Assembly: GCA_032128875.1 (NCBI GenBank)
Contig: JAVLKG010000004.1
Coordinates: forward strand, 480,001-544,000
DNA length: 64,000 nucleotides
From: Candidatus Melainabacteria bacterium 17Bon1m
Lineage (GTDB): Bacteria > Cyanobacteriota > Vampirovibrionia > Obscuribacterales > Obscuribacteraceae
Reading direction: 5' to 3'
How positions within the stretch are numbered: the first letter of the stretch is position 1; the number at the start of each line of letters is the position of its first letter. Shown one piece after another: positions 1-10,237 of the stretch. Made by a program: the position numbers and the translations under genes. The notes under the pieces are model-generated. The model was not told the origin of the DNA, did no database searches, and was given only the letters and a program-made list of their open reading frames with translations.

Positions 1-800
1 GCTAGTGGCGTGCGCAACTGGTGCGCGGCATTAGCAACGAATCTTCTTTCTCTTTCGATTTCATCGTTGAGCATTTTAAGCAGATCATTAATCGCACCTA
101 CCAATGGGCGAACCTCAGTCGGAGCAGTGCTTTCGGAGACCGGGCTTAAATCAGTAGGAGATCTTGATGAAAGTGCGCGACTCAATTGCTGCAGAGGATA
201 GAGTCCTTGCTTAATACCGAACCAAACTGCGATGCCACCACATATGATGAGTATGAGCTGAGGCAAAAGAACTGATATCACAATGTGAGTAACAATTTCA
301 CGGCGCGCATTGCGGGTCTCTGCTACCTCAAGGATCAAGTATTCCGGTCTAGGATCATCGTCATCATCATCGTCCGGAGTTTCATCCGCAAAGTGGCTCG
401 CGACCGGAAACAACATAGTCAAAACACGCACTTCTTTTCCGTTCAGAATGCGTGTTGAATAGTGAGGTTTATTGAAATCGACTGCACCCGGATCGAAAGG
501 TAAATTGCCGTCACCTGCAATGCGCTTTCCTTCCATCGTATAAATCTGATAGAAGAAAGTGTCTCGATAATTGTGTTTGAGAATGGACTGCGCGGCTGGC
601 GGCAAGTCTACAAGCACTTTGCCGCCTTTGTGACGGACGCGCGCGATAACTGAGTCTGCTGAATTCAACAGCCCTTTGTCATATATTTCTCTCGCCAGCA
701 AAATTGCGGCGTTATACGCAATGAACGTGCTGGAAGCGGCAATCGTCGACAGTGGAATTAAGAGCCAGACGAGAAGCTGCTTCCGAATGGAAGAGGTCAT
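1..800 (-). CDS. Sensor histidine kinase, QseC/TctE-like (N-terminal part; runs off the window edge)
   Basis: Manual translation from ATG at 800 (MTSSIRKQLLVWLLIPL...) gives TM - periplasmic domain - TM - HAMP-like segment; ATGA overlap with the upstream response regulator stop. Confidence 0.8.
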   Translation of the reverse strand, partial: MTSSIRKQLLVWLLIPLSTIAASSTFIAYNAAILLAREIYDKGLLNSADSVIARVRHKGGKVLVDLPPAAQSILKHNYRDTFFYQIYTMEGKRIAGDGNLPFDPGAVDFNKPHYSTRILNGKEVRVLTMLFPVASHFADETPDDDDDDDPRPEYLILEVAETRNARREIVTHIVISVLLPQLILIICGGIAVWFGIKQGLYPLQQLSRALSSRSPTDLSPVSESTAPTEVRPLVGAINDLLKMLNDEIERERRFVANAAHQLRTPL

Positions 801-1465
801 GCAGGTTTCTCAAGCATATATCCCAATCCGCGGACTGTACGCACGTTGATACCTGTTTTTTCGAGCTTCTTGCGCAAGCGATGCATGATAATTTCCAGGG
901 CGTTGTGCGACAACTCGGCATCCCAGGATGAGAGGTTACGTATCAATTGTACTTTGTTGACGACTTTGCCGACGCTCTTAAGAAGTTGCTCCAACACAGC
1001 CAGTTCTCGAGCTGATAAGTCCAAATTATCGCCGTTGATAGTGGCGCGACGCTCTACAGTGTCGAATTCCAGACCTCCGACCACAATTTTGGTCATATTG
1101 CCCCATTGTTCTTTTCTCAAAAGGGCTCTGATGCGGGCCTCCAGCTCCAAAAGCTCAAAAGGCTTGGCAATATAGTCGTTGGCGCCACTGTCCAGCCCGG
1201 TTACGCGATCGGTGACCGTGTCTCTGGCTGTGAGGATTAGCACAGGCGTTGCCTGTCCACGTCCCCTCAGTCTTTTCAAAACTTCAATTCCGTCCATATG
1301 CGGCAGACCCAGGTCCAGGATGACCAGGTCATATGGCGTTGCTGTCAATGCTTGATCAGCGTCTGTTCCCGACTGAACTTGATCGACTACATAACCGCTA
1401 TGTCGCAAAGCAAGTGCGACGCCTTCAGATAAAAAGGAATCGTCTTCGACCAGAAGTAGTCTCAT
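797..1465 (-). CDS. OmpR-family response regulator (QseB/TctD-like)
   Basis: MRLLLVEDD, LVILDLGLP, KPF receiver motifs; C-terminal RTVRGLGY winged helix; start moved to ATG 1465. Confidence 0.92.
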   Translation of the reverse strand: MRLLLVEDDSFLSEGVALALRHSGYVVDQVQSGTDADQALTATPYDLVILDLGLPHMDGIEVLKRLRGRGQATPVLILTARDTVTDRVTGLDSGANDYIAKPFELLELEARIRALLRKEQWGNMTKIVVGGLEFDTVERRATINGDNLDLSARELAVLEQLLKSVGKVVNKVQLIRNLSSWDAELSHNALEIIMHRLRKKLEKTGINVRTVRGLGYMLEKPA

Positions 1466-1701
1466 GGCAAACTCCTTACCTCGAAACTTGTGTTGTATAG
1501 AGCACAGTTTTGATGATAGCAAAAGACCGTCACCCTGTAAGGGGAGAGAAAGATTGACGAAAGCGATTCCTGTAATTTGCTTCGCACTTTTCCCAATTAA
1601 TGCGGCTCAACGGCTCTGCTGCGCAAGTCTTGCGAAAGGAAATCGAGCCAAGTCTGAGTTCTTATCCCATTTTTGGGAGGCTGAAATCTCAACATGAAAA
1701 T

Positions 1702-3201
1702 TCAAACTGGCTCAAAAGCAAGGCACATCTGATTAAACCAGGTGCTTCTGAACTTACCCTGTGGGTCATATTCCATTTTCTTCTCGATAAACGAACCAAA
1801 CTGTGGATACGCAGCCAACACCTGCTCTTTGGTTGCATAGCGATGGTAAGTCAGATAGTAAGAGCCTCCCAAGCTCAAAGCTATGTCTATCAAGGATCTA
1901 AAGGAGGTTTTCGCTCTCAAAAGAGAGAGTTGGTCGGGATTTACATGCAGATTGAAGATTATGCAGGCAAAATCATCCTTAGCCCAAGCCAGAAAAGACT
2001 CTTCATCCTTGTCAATAAAACGGACGGTTCCGTAAATCACATCGGCGCGCTGCTTCTTGAGCGCCGCCTTTGCGGTCTCCATAAAGACATGCAACTTGGA
2101 TTTCGGTACATAAAGTTCAGTGATCATCTCTGACCCTTTTACATGACACTCGCTGTCTAATGAGTCATGGTAGTCGGGCACGTATAGACTCAATTGAAAC
2201 GTTTGGGAGCTGTATATTTGACCATTGGTACGCGTGTAGTGCTCGCTGTACATCTTGAATGCTCGAGTTTTGTCGATGTGTGCCAGACGCAAAAGTTCTC
2301 GCCAATCACTCACATTCAACTTTAAACCCCCGACATCATCAGTAGTGGCAACGTCGACGGGGAAGTATGCAGACAGTATGCCGTTGCATAAAAAAGTCTG
2401 TGCATCGGCATCGATGCAAAATTGGAAGTCCCCATAGGTAGCGCCTTCAGCCTGCAATTGTTCAAAACGACAAACGAGTTCTTTGCTGTTTGTAAGTTCT
2501 ACTCGTCTTTGCAATTTCGTACTTTTGACTAACCGAATAGTTATGTTTTCGACAAAGCAAAACATTCCGTACCCGCCTATCGCCAGCCGAAATAGTTCTT
2601 TGTTTTCAAAACGAGAAACGTTGATCCTTTGTCCATTTTCAAGAATGGCGGTGAATCTTTCGATATCTGCAATAAACGGCTTCCTGCCCAGTACTCGACC
2701 ATGAATATTCGAGCCGAGCGATCCGCCGATGCTTATATCGTCAGCTCCCGTCGGTTTTTGAATAATCGACCAATCGCACCCGTGTTCTACATTCAATTTT
2801 GCCAGTTCGCCAACCAGATCTCCCCACAGCATGCCTGATTGAACCGTAATTAAACCTTCGACAGGACAGAAGTCGACGACCTTATTCAGCAGCCCTGTGT
2901 CAATGAGAATGCCGTCGAAAAGAAATTGTTGCCCACCCATTGAGTGGCGACCACCGGCAATGCTGAATGAATCACCTGCATGCTGCTCGCTGGTAAGGAG
3001 AGTCTGAACCTCGTTACCGCTTAGAACTTTGATAATTGCTTTGTGTTTTGTGCTGTTGAGTTTTGAATGAATATCATTAGCCGTTGTGTTCTTGTTTTTC
3101 AGATCATCGATAAGTGCCGGACGCAGTGCACTTGTATATTGTCTATCTGGGTGATTGATTTGCTGCATTTCTCTAACTTCTTTCATAAGTAAGTACGCCA
3201 A
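1702..3201 (-). CDS. FAD-binding oxidoreductase (FAD-linked oxidase / lactone oxidase-like)
   Basis: IAGGRHSMGGQQ FAD motif, SIGGSLGSNIHG, LFRLAIGGYG, C-terminal YDPQGKFRS; start uncertain. Confidence 0.8.
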   Translation of the reverse strand: MAYLLMKEVREMQQINHPDRQYTSALRPALIDDLKNKNTTANDIHSKLNSTKHKAIIKVLSGNEVQTLLTSEQHAGDSFSIAGGRHSMGGQQFLFDGILIDTGLLNKVVDFCPVEGLITVQSGMLWGDLVGELAKLNVEHGCDWSIIQKPTGADDISIGGSLGSNIHGRVLGRKPFIADIERFTAILENGQRINVSRFENKELFRLAIGGYGMFCFVENITIRLVKSTKLQRRVELTNSKELVCRFEQLQAEGATYGDFQFCIDADAQTFLCNGILSAYFPVDVATTDDVGGLKLNVSDWRELLRLAHIDKTRAFKMYSEHYTRTNGQIYSSQTFQLSLYVPDYHDSLDSECHVKGSEMITELYVPKSKLHVFMETAKAALKKQRADVIYGTVRFIDKDEESFLAWAKDDFACIIFNLHVNPDQLSLLRAKTSFRSLIDIALSLGGSYYLTYHRYATKEQVLAAYPQFGSFIEKKMEYDPQGKFRSTWFNQMCLAFEPV

Positions 3202-3294
3202 AAGCCGGCAAGTACCAAAAAGCGCTTGCTTGTTTTTGTACAGTCAGCATAGGGTTTTACCGCTTCTTAGAATTGAGCGGTTCAACACTTCGAC

Positions 3295-3370
3295 GATTGA
3301 TCTGTTCTTTGGTTGAGTGATCTGTTCCTAAGTTGATTGTGTTCCTAGGTTGATTGATCTTTCCTGTGGT
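3295..3370. repeat. Four degenerate tandem 17-20 bp direct repeats (GATTGATCTGTTCCTARGTT-like)
   Basis: Units at 3295, 3315, 3335 and 3352 read directly. Confidence 0.7.
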
Positions 3371-3545
3371 GTGCTATCTGGTTTTTGCCGTTCTTGAGCG
3401 CAAAGTTTTGATCAAAGCTTGATACCGTACGAGTCGCCATTAAATGTATATATAGGCAAAAAGGTGTACTCTTTCTTCTTCCATGGCGTCGGGTGGGAAC
3501 TTCCGGCCGTCAAGTGGATTTGTTTTTGATTCTGAGGTGTGACAG

Positions 3546-5141
3546 ATGACGCAGAGTGCTGTTGTAGAGAATCCGCTCCTCGAGGGCTTGCCGAAAGACA
3601 GAGCCGTCGATCCTTTTGCCATGGTTATCTTAGGGGCGCATGGCGATTTAACAAAGCGCAAGCTTTTGCCCGCTCTCTACGCGCTTTACATCGATGGTCT
3701 GCTTCCCAGGACCTTTGCGGTTGTCGGTATGTCTAGAACCGTGATGACGGACGAACAGTTCCGTCAGGCGATGAAAGAGTCCATTCAAAAATATGCTCCG
3801 GACCTGAAGTTCGAAGAGGAAGCCTGGGAACGTTTTGCCGCAGGACTTTATTACAAGCCGTCGAATTTCACTGAAGATGGCTCGTTTGATGAACTGGCCA
3901 GTTTTTTAGACACACTCAAAGAGAAGCATGGCACAGGCGGCAATCACGTTTTTTATCTCTCGACCCCGCCCAGCTTATACGAGCCAATCATCACTCAACT
4001 TTCCAACTCCAAGCTTGTTTCCAAGAAAAAGGTCACTGATAAGCCCTGGCAGCGTGTCATTGTCGAAAAGCCTTTCGGTCACGACCTCGCTTCGTCTCTG
4101 GCGCTCGATGATCATATTCACAAGGTTCTCAGCGAAAATCAGGTTTACCGAATCGACCACTACCTCGGTAAAGAAACCGTGCAAAACATCATGGTTTTGC
4201 GATTCGCAAATGGCATATTTGAACCTCTCTGGAATCGGCAGCATGTCGACCATGTTCAAATCACAATCGCCGAAACGTTGGGTGTAGAAGGTCGTGGACC
4301 GTATTACGAGGAGTCCGGCTGCCTGCGTGACATGATTCAGAACCACATGTTGCAGTTGGTTTCACTTGTTGCGATGGAACCGCCAATCTCGCTTGAGCCT
4401 GAGGCTTCGCGTGATGAAAAGGCAAAAGTTCTAAAGGCCTTGCGTCCGATATTGCCTGAGGATGTTGACCGTTGCGCAGTCAGAGGACAGTACGGAGAAG
4501 GCTATATCAATGGGGCTAAGGTGCCTGGTTACCGGCAAGAAGATAGGGTCGCTCCGGATTCTGCAACTGAAACCTACGCAGCGCTGAAATTGACTATCGA
4601 TAATTGGCGTTGGGCTGGAGTTCCCTTCTATGTCCGCTCAGGAAAGCGCCTGGCGAAGTCATTAACTGAGATTGCTATTCATTTTAAGCGCGCCCCTCAC
4701 AGTCTCTTTGCTGGTTTGACTGGTCTGAAAGCCGGCCAAAAAATGGACGATGACTCACTCAGCCCAAATGTTCTGGTTCTCAAAATTCAGCCTGATGAAG
4801 GTATTTCGCTCAAGTTCGCAACGAAACAGCCGGGTGCAACCACTCAAATTCGCTGGTTGAATATGGACTTTAACTACGGCACCGCATTTGGTGTAAGAAG
4901 CCCCAGCGCTTATGAACGCTTGATACACGATTGCCTGCTGGGAGATGCTTCACTATTTGCCAGAACGGATTCCGTCGAAACCTCGTGGCGCTTTATTCAA
5001 CCGCTTCTCGAGAACTGGGATTTGTCTAAGCAGAAGAAGGGACCACAGCCTCGTTTTCCCAATTATGCTGCCGGTTCGTGGGGACCTGCCGAAGCAGATG
5101 AGTTGATTGGGTCGACCGGACATACCTGGAGGCGCCTGTAA
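3546..5141 (+). CDS. zwf: Glucose-6-phosphate 1-dehydrogenase
   Basis: GAHGDLTKRKL, RIDHYLGKE, EKPFG, DMIQNH motifs. Confidence 0.98.
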   Translation: MTQSAVVENPLLEGLPKDRAVDPFAMVILGAHGDLTKRKLLPALYALYIDGLLPRTFAVVGMSRTVMTDEQFRQAMKESIQKYAPDLKFEEEAWERFAAGLYYKPSNFTEDGSFDELASFLDTLKEKHGTGGNHVFYLSTPPSLYEPIITQLSNSKLVSKKKVTDKPWQRVIVEKPFGHDLASSLALDDHIHKVLSENQVYRIDHYLGKETVQNIMVLRFANGIFEPLWNRQHVDHVQITIAETLGVEGRGPYYEESGCLRDMIQNHMLQLVSLVAMEPPISLEPEASRDEKAKVLKALRPILPEDVDRCAVRGQYGEGYINGAKVPGYRQEDRVAPDSATETYAALKLTIDNWRWAGVPFYVRSGKRLAKSLTEIAIHFKRAPHSLFAGLTGLKAGQKMDDDSLSPNVLVLKIQPDEGISLKFATKQPGATTQIRWLNMDFNYGTAFGVRSPSAYERLIHDCLLGDASLFARTDSVETSWRFIQPLLENWDLSKQKKGPQPRFPNYAAGSWGPAEADELIGSTGHTWRRL

Positions 5142-5142
5142 G

Positions 5143-6438
5143 ATGAGCTCCAGTACTGATAAACGCAAATCGACGACGGAAACGCATAATTTCCTTTCCG
5201 GTCACCTCTCGCAAGTTGATGTACAGCGTATCGAGCGCGAGCTGAAAGATCTTTGGCGGGCCATTGACGACGCCAAACCGGATGAGAGAACGAGTGACGG
5301 TGAACCGGTGAAAGTTACCGAAGGCAAGGATGCTGACTTAAATCAGGCTTCAACCAAGCCTGCCAATGTCATGCGTGCTTGCACAGCAAATATCGTTCTT
5401 TTCAGCGAAGATGCTGATGCTGAAGTCGAGGCTTCGGCAATTCTTGATGAAGTGGCGATTCGCCATCCATGTCGTGCGATTCTGGCTATTTCGCGTCGAG
5501 CTACGGAACAAAGGCTCGAGGCCTGGGTTTCTGCTCGTTGCCACATGGCAGATTCGAAGAGTTTGAAACAAATCTGCTCCGAACAAATAACTGTTCGCTA
5601 TGACGGCGAAGGTACGAAGGAGCTCGCTAGCGTAGTATCGCCCCTGGTGATTAACGATTTGCCGGTGGTTCTGTGGTGGCGTGCTAATCGTCTTGATCGT
5701 GGCTATTTAGAGCCGTTTTCGCGCTTTGTCGATATGCTCATAGTGGACTCGCTGCGTGCCGCTGATGCTAGAGGTTTCATCAAAGAAATGTCAGGCATCA
5801 CTAATCAGAGTGCCAGAAAACCATTATTCGACCTCAATTGGGGACGCCTGATTCCGTGGCGCCGTGCCATTGCTGATGCTTTTAGCGATGCAGCTCCGCC
5901 AATGTCCCTTCCATCATTGCCCGGCATTTCTAAGGTTGTCATCTCTTACGCAAGTGCGAGTGCATCGGCAGATGGCAATGCGGCAATACCCGTGCAGCCG
6001 CTACTCTTGCTAAGTTGGCTGTCGACTCGATTGGGCTGGGCTCGCGACTCGGCGTCTTTCTCAGGTGGTAGGTTCAGCGCTGAGTTTAAATCGGGAAAGA
6101 AATCCATCAGCACTTCAATTCAACCTTTCCAAAGCGACAAGCTCAGTGAAGGAGCAGTTTGCTCGGTCGTCATTGAAGCCGAAACACCTTGCGACGGCAA
6201 AGTTATGGCTGAGCGCATGATTGCCGAGCAAAGACCCGGCTCTCCTTGTATTTATGTGCTCAGTGATTCGGACTGCCGCAAAGGCGAGCCCGGCGCTGAA
6301 GTCGGCACTGGTGCTGAGAGCCTGATTGAACTCACCGAGGCACGCTTGATTGATTTTGCTATGGAATCGATGCCCGATGATCTGGTTTTCCGGCAGACCT
6401 TAGATTGCACTGTCAAATTGATTGACGCGGCTAAGTAG
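5143..6438 (+). CDS. opcA: G6PDH assembly protein OpcA
   Basis: Directly follows zwf; HPCRAI, ICSEQI, DLPVVLWW, DLNWGRLIPWR motifs; start moved to ATG 5143. Confidence 0.88.
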   Translation: MSSSTDKRKSTTETHNFLSGHLSQVDVQRIERELKDLWRAIDDAKPDERTSDGEPVKVTEGKDADLNQASTKPANVMRACTANIVLFSEDADAEVEASAILDEVAIRHPCRAILAISRRATEQRLEAWVSARCHMADSKSLKQICSEQITVRYDGEGTKELASVVSPLVINDLPVVLWWRANRLDRGYLEPFSRFVDMLIVDSLRAADARGFIKEMSGITNQSARKPLFDLNWGRLIPWRRAIADAFSDAAPPMSLPSLPGISKVVISYASASASADGNAAIPVQPLLLLSWLSTRLGWARDSASFSGGRFSAEFKSGKKSISTSIQPFQSDKLSEGAVCSVVIEAETPCDGKVMAERMIAEQRPGSPCIYVLSDSDCRKGEPGAEVGTGAESLIELTEARLIDFAMESMPDDLVFRQTLDCTVKLIDAAK

Positions 6439-6446
6439 GAGGAGCG

Positions 6447-7196
6447 ATGCAGACTTCTTTGATGGAAACAAAAAATATTTCGGTGTTTGAGAACTATGAA
6501 GCGCTGGTGGCAGCAACGGCAGATTTGTTCGTCAAACTCGCAGAGGATGCTATTAACGAACGCGGAAAGTTCGTCACTTCGCTCTCCGGAGGAAGCACGC
6601 CAAAGGGGTTCTATTCACGCCTGGCTGAAAAGGAAATTGCCTCAAAAATAGATTGGAGCAAGGTAGTAGTTTTCTTCGGCGATGAAAGAACGGTGCCATA
6701 TACTAGCCCTGAGAGCAATCAGCGAATGATTACCGAGCATCTTCTTTCCAAGGTGGCGCTCAATCGTGAAAACGTTTTTGCGCTGAGCGACCCTGATATA
6801 GATCCCAAGCAAACTGCCATCGATTACGAACGGACTATGCGCGAATTTTTCCGTCTTGCCTCAGATGAGTTGCCGCAGTTCGATTTTATGCTTCTCGGTC
6901 TGGGTGACGATGGTCACACGGCATCGCTCTTCCCTGGCTCGTCTGCGCTGACCGAGACGCACAGATGGTTCGTCGACAATAAAGTCGAGAAATTGAATAC
7001 AGTGCGACTCACGACGACCTATCCTGTCATCAATAATTCGCGAAACATCATCTTTCTTGCCAGCGGCAAAGGAAAGTCCGGTGTCTTGAAGGATGTTCTT
7101 ACAGGACCTGAAGGCAAGTATCCAAGCCAAAACGTGAAGGCTGAAAATGGAAAGTTGTATTGGTATTTAGACAAAGAGATTGCGTCGGAACTGTAG
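6447..7196 (+). CDS. pgl: 6-phosphogluconolactonase
   Basis: LSGGSTP, FGDER, LLGLGDDGHTASLFP. Confidence 0.96.
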   Translation: MQTSLMETKNISVFENYEALVAATADLFVKLAEDAINERGKFVTSLSGGSTPKGFYSRLAEKEIASKIDWSKVVVFFGDERTVPYTSPESNQRMITEHLLSKVALNRENVFALSDPDIDPKQTAIDYERTMREFFRLASDELPQFDFMLLGLGDDGHTASLFPGSSALTETHRWFVDNKVEKLNTVRLTTTYPVINNSRNIIFLASGKGKSGVLKDVLTGPEGKYPSQNVKAENGKLYWYLDKEIASEL

Positions 7197-7248
7197 AAAT
7201 TTAGAGTTCCACAGAAAATCATTTTGCGTAGACTTAGAGGAAATGAAA

Positions 7249-8709
7249 ATGGCTGACAAAGCGAAGATCGGACTGATTGGGTTGGGCGTAATGGGCGAGA
7301 ATCTGGCATTGAATATTGCCAGGAACGGATTCAAAATTGCGGTCTACAACCGCAGCGCAGATAAGGTCGATGCCTTTGTTGCCGGACGTGGAAAAGATCA
7401 GCCCGTCATCGGTTGCCGCGACGAAAAAACCTTTGTAGACAGCCTGGAAAAGCCGCGCATGATCATACTGCTTGTAAAAGCAGGAGAAGCTGTGGATCAA
7501 ACGGTAGCCAAACTGCTTCCCGATCTCGAGAAGGGCGACATAATCATTGATGGTGGGAACTCGCATTTTACCGACACCCAAAAGAGAGAAAAGGACCTGA
7601 GAGAAAAAGGCATTCATTTTATCGGCTCGGGCGTGTCCGGTGGAGAAGAGGGTGCTCTTTGGGGACCTTCGTTGATGCCGGGTGGAGACCAAACAGCATA
7701 TGAAAAAGTAAAACCCATCTGGGAAGCGATTGCCGCCAAAGTCAACGACGGTCCTTGCGTTACCTACCTTGGTCCGGATGGAGCCGGTCACTTTGTGAAA
7801 ATGGTTCACAACGGCATCGAATACGGTGACATGCAATTGATTGCTGAAGTATATGACGTCATGCGCCGTGGATTGAATATGCCCGCGCGTGAAATTGCTG
7901 ATGTCTTCGAATCCTGGAATCAAGGCATTCTCGACTCATTCCTTATTGAAATTACCGCCAAAATTCTTACTGTTGTCGATCCAGAAACCGGCAAGCCATT
8001 GGTCGATATGATTCTCGATAAGGCTGGTCAAAAGGGAACAGGAAAATGGACAAGCGAAGCGGCTCTGGATTTGGGCATTGCTGTTCCTACCATCGATATG
8101 GCACTGACCGGAAGAATGCTTTCGGCAATGCATGATATGCGTCAGGAAGCATCGAAGATTCTCAACGGCGCCGCTGTCGGCAGTGGCAAGCCAGTTGACA
8201 AGGCGGCAAAAGAAGAGATTTTGAAGGCTCTGCATGATGCACTTTATGCGTCAAAAGTTTGCAGCTACGCACAGGGCATGGCGCTGATCAAAGAAGGTTC
8301 TGATTTCTATAAGTGGAACATCAATCTCTCTGAGTGCGCTCGCATTTGGAAGGGCGGTTGCATCATCAGGGCAAAGCTGCTGGAAGAAATTCGCGCTGCA
8401 TTTGCTCGCCGAGCCGATTTGCCGAATCTCCTCATGGACAAAGAATTCTCCAAAACCGTTTTGTCGTTCGAATCGAATTGGCGCAAATCAATTGTTTTTG
8501 CTATTGAACGCGCCATCCCCGTGCCTGCATTGACCGCCAGCCTGGCTTATTTCGATAGCCTGCGCTCCGGCAGTCTGCCGCAAAATCTCACACAAGCGCA
8601 AAGAGACTTCTTCGGTGCTCATACCTATCAGCGTGTCGATGCGCCTGAGAAGGGCTTTGTGCATACTGATTGGATACATCTGATCAAAGAGAAAACAGCA
8701 GCCAAATAA
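7249..8709 (+). CDS. gnd: 6-phosphogluconate dehydrogenase (NADP-dependent, decarboxylating)
   Basis: IGLGVMG, VSGGEEGA, KMVHNGIEYGDMQ, QAQRDFFGAH; AGAGG SD upstream of ATG 7249. Confidence 0.98.
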   Translation: MADKAKIGLIGLGVMGENLALNIARNGFKIAVYNRSADKVDAFVAGRGKDQPVIGCRDEKTFVDSLEKPRMIILLVKAGEAVDQTVAKLLPDLEKGDIIIDGGNSHFTDTQKREKDLREKGIHFIGSGVSGGEEGALWGPSLMPGGDQTAYEKVKPIWEAIAAKVNDGPCVTYLGPDGAGHFVKMVHNGIEYGDMQLIAEVYDVMRRGLNMPAREIADVFESWNQGILDSFLIEITAKILTVVDPETGKPLVDMILDKAGQKGTGKWTSEAALDLGIAVPTIDMALTGRMLSAMHDMRQEASKILNGAAVGSGKPVDKAAKEEILKALHDALYASKVCSYAQGMALIKEGSDFYKWNINLSECARIWKGGCIIRAKLLEEIRAAFARRADLPNLLMDKEFSKTVLSFESNWRKSIVFAIERAIPVPALTASLAYFDSLRSGSLPQNLTQAQRDFFGAHTYQRVDAPEKGFVHTDWIHLIKEKTAAK

Positions 8710-8864
8710 GCAGCTGAAAACCGTTTCGAAATCGATGGTGGAATAAGCAGAGTATATGCATCGGGCAACGATTGCTGCATGTTCTCTCGAACCGGTACGC
8801 TTTGATTCGTGCTCTAATAGAGCGATAAACTCGCTTCGCGCACAAAAGTATCTAGTTTCGACGA

Positions 8865-9695
8865 ATGCCAACCTATTCGGTCAATGCCGTCAACGTTGCC
8901 AGCTTTCCTCTCGGGGAAACTGACAAAGTGGTTACTGTGTTTTCCGCCGAACGTGGCTTGATCAAATGCGTAGCCAAAGGCGCGCGCAAACCAGGCTCGA
9001 AAATCGGCGGGCGGGCTGAGCTTTTGAACGTCAATAAACTGCTTCTTTCGACCGGCAGGACATTCGAAATAATTTCGCAAGCTGAAACCCTGGAGACGTT
9101 TCCAAAGCTTCGAGGAGATTTGGAACGGCTTGCTTACAGCCTTTACTACGCGGAATTGACTAGCATTTTCGGACAGGGCTTGAATGATGAGTCAAGTTCT
9201 TATTTTGATTTCTTGGTTATGTCGCTGCGATACCAGAGCCTGTCCGACTCTGATCCAGCCTACCTTTGTTTGATGTTTGAGTTGCGTTTGCTCGAAACAC
9301 TGGGGTATCGACCCGAATTGACTGTTTGCGTGAATTGCCGTTCGGTTTTAACAGACCATGTCATTGCCGGCTTTCACTTCGAGCTGGGCGGAATTGTCTG
9401 CGAGCGATGTCACCTCGAAGGTAAGCGTACCAAGGTGACGATGCGCGTCGCCGAAGACGAAGGAATATACGAGACACCGGGAGTCGATAAACTCGACAAG
9501 CACGTAACTCCGATGGTTTGGAAACGTCTGGTTTTGGCATCTGCCGGCAGCGACGTCCCCGATGCCCATCTGGAGAGTGATGGTGTAAAACGTGCGACAC
9601 GCGCCGCTCACCGGGTTATTGAAGGATACATTGAGCATAGAGCAGGCAGAAGAATCAAATCGCTTTCGCTTTTGGAAAACGCGCAAACTCCCTAG
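8865..9695 (+). CDS. recO: DNA repair protein RecO
   Basis: GETDKVVTVFS..G..VAKGARK OB fold; CxxC...CxxC zinc finger. Confidence 0.9.
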   Translation: MPTYSVNAVNVASFPLGETDKVVTVFSAERGLIKCVAKGARKPGSKIGGRAELLNVNKLLLSTGRTFEIISQAETLETFPKLRGDLERLAYSLYYAELTSIFGQGLNDESSSYFDFLVMSLRYQSLSDSDPAYLCLMFELRLLETLGYRPELTVCVNCRSVLTDHVIAGFHFELGGIVCERCHLEGKRTKVTMRVAEDEGIYETPGVDKLDKHVTPMVWKRLVLASAGSDVPDAHLESDGVKRATRAAHRVIEGYIEHRAGRRIKSLSLLENAQTP

Positions 9696-9781
9696 ATAAA
9701 AGGTCGCTTTGCAACCAAATCAAATTTAAAGTGCTAATCTCTTTATAGGTTATGTGGGCTTAGCGAGCTGATTTGCTGTAT

Positions 9782-10219
9782 ATGAGCGAAAATCCGATTC
9801 TACTGATCGTTGAAGACGATAAGACACAGCAAAAGGTGCTCGGACTTTTGGCTGAAAAGTACGGTTTCGACGTTGTGATTGCCAATACCGGGGCCAAGGC
9901 GCTAGTTGAGCTCGACAGCAGCGGAATTAAATTCGACGCAGTCTTGATGGACATAAGAATGCCAGACATGGACGGGTATGAATGCACAAATTTGATCCGC
10001 ACAAGAGAATTAGTAAGCGGGCGGCACATTCCAATCATTGCCATTACTGCCTATGCGTCGGAATCCTATAAGGCAAAGTGTCTTGCAGCGGGGGCTGACG
10101 ATTATCTGAGTAAGCCCTTCGATGCGGAAGACTTCCGCAAGATACTACTTAAATGGGCCTATAACCCGAACAAACCTAATTTGAAGCTTTTGCCTGGATC
10201 AAAAGAAGAAGCAGTGTAA
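9782..10219 (+). CDS. Single-domain response regulator (CheY-like receiver)
   Basis: IVEDD, VLMDIRMPDMDG, DDYLSKPF. Confidence 0.9.
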   Translation: MSENPILLIVEDDKTQQKVLGLLAEKYGFDVVIANTGAKALVELDSSGIKFDAVLMDIRMPDMDGYECTNLIRTRELVSGRHIPIIAITAYASESYKAKCLAAGADDYLSKPFDAEDFRKILLKWAYNPNKPNLKLLPGSKEEAV

Positions 10220-10237
10220 GACAGTTTTTGCCAATAA

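Noticed and set aside
7234-7923. 229-aa antisense ORF, and similar ORFs opposite the kinase, ABC-F, CHAT, M23 and ALDH genes
   Set aside because: Shadow frames of strongly supported genes, with no motifs of their own
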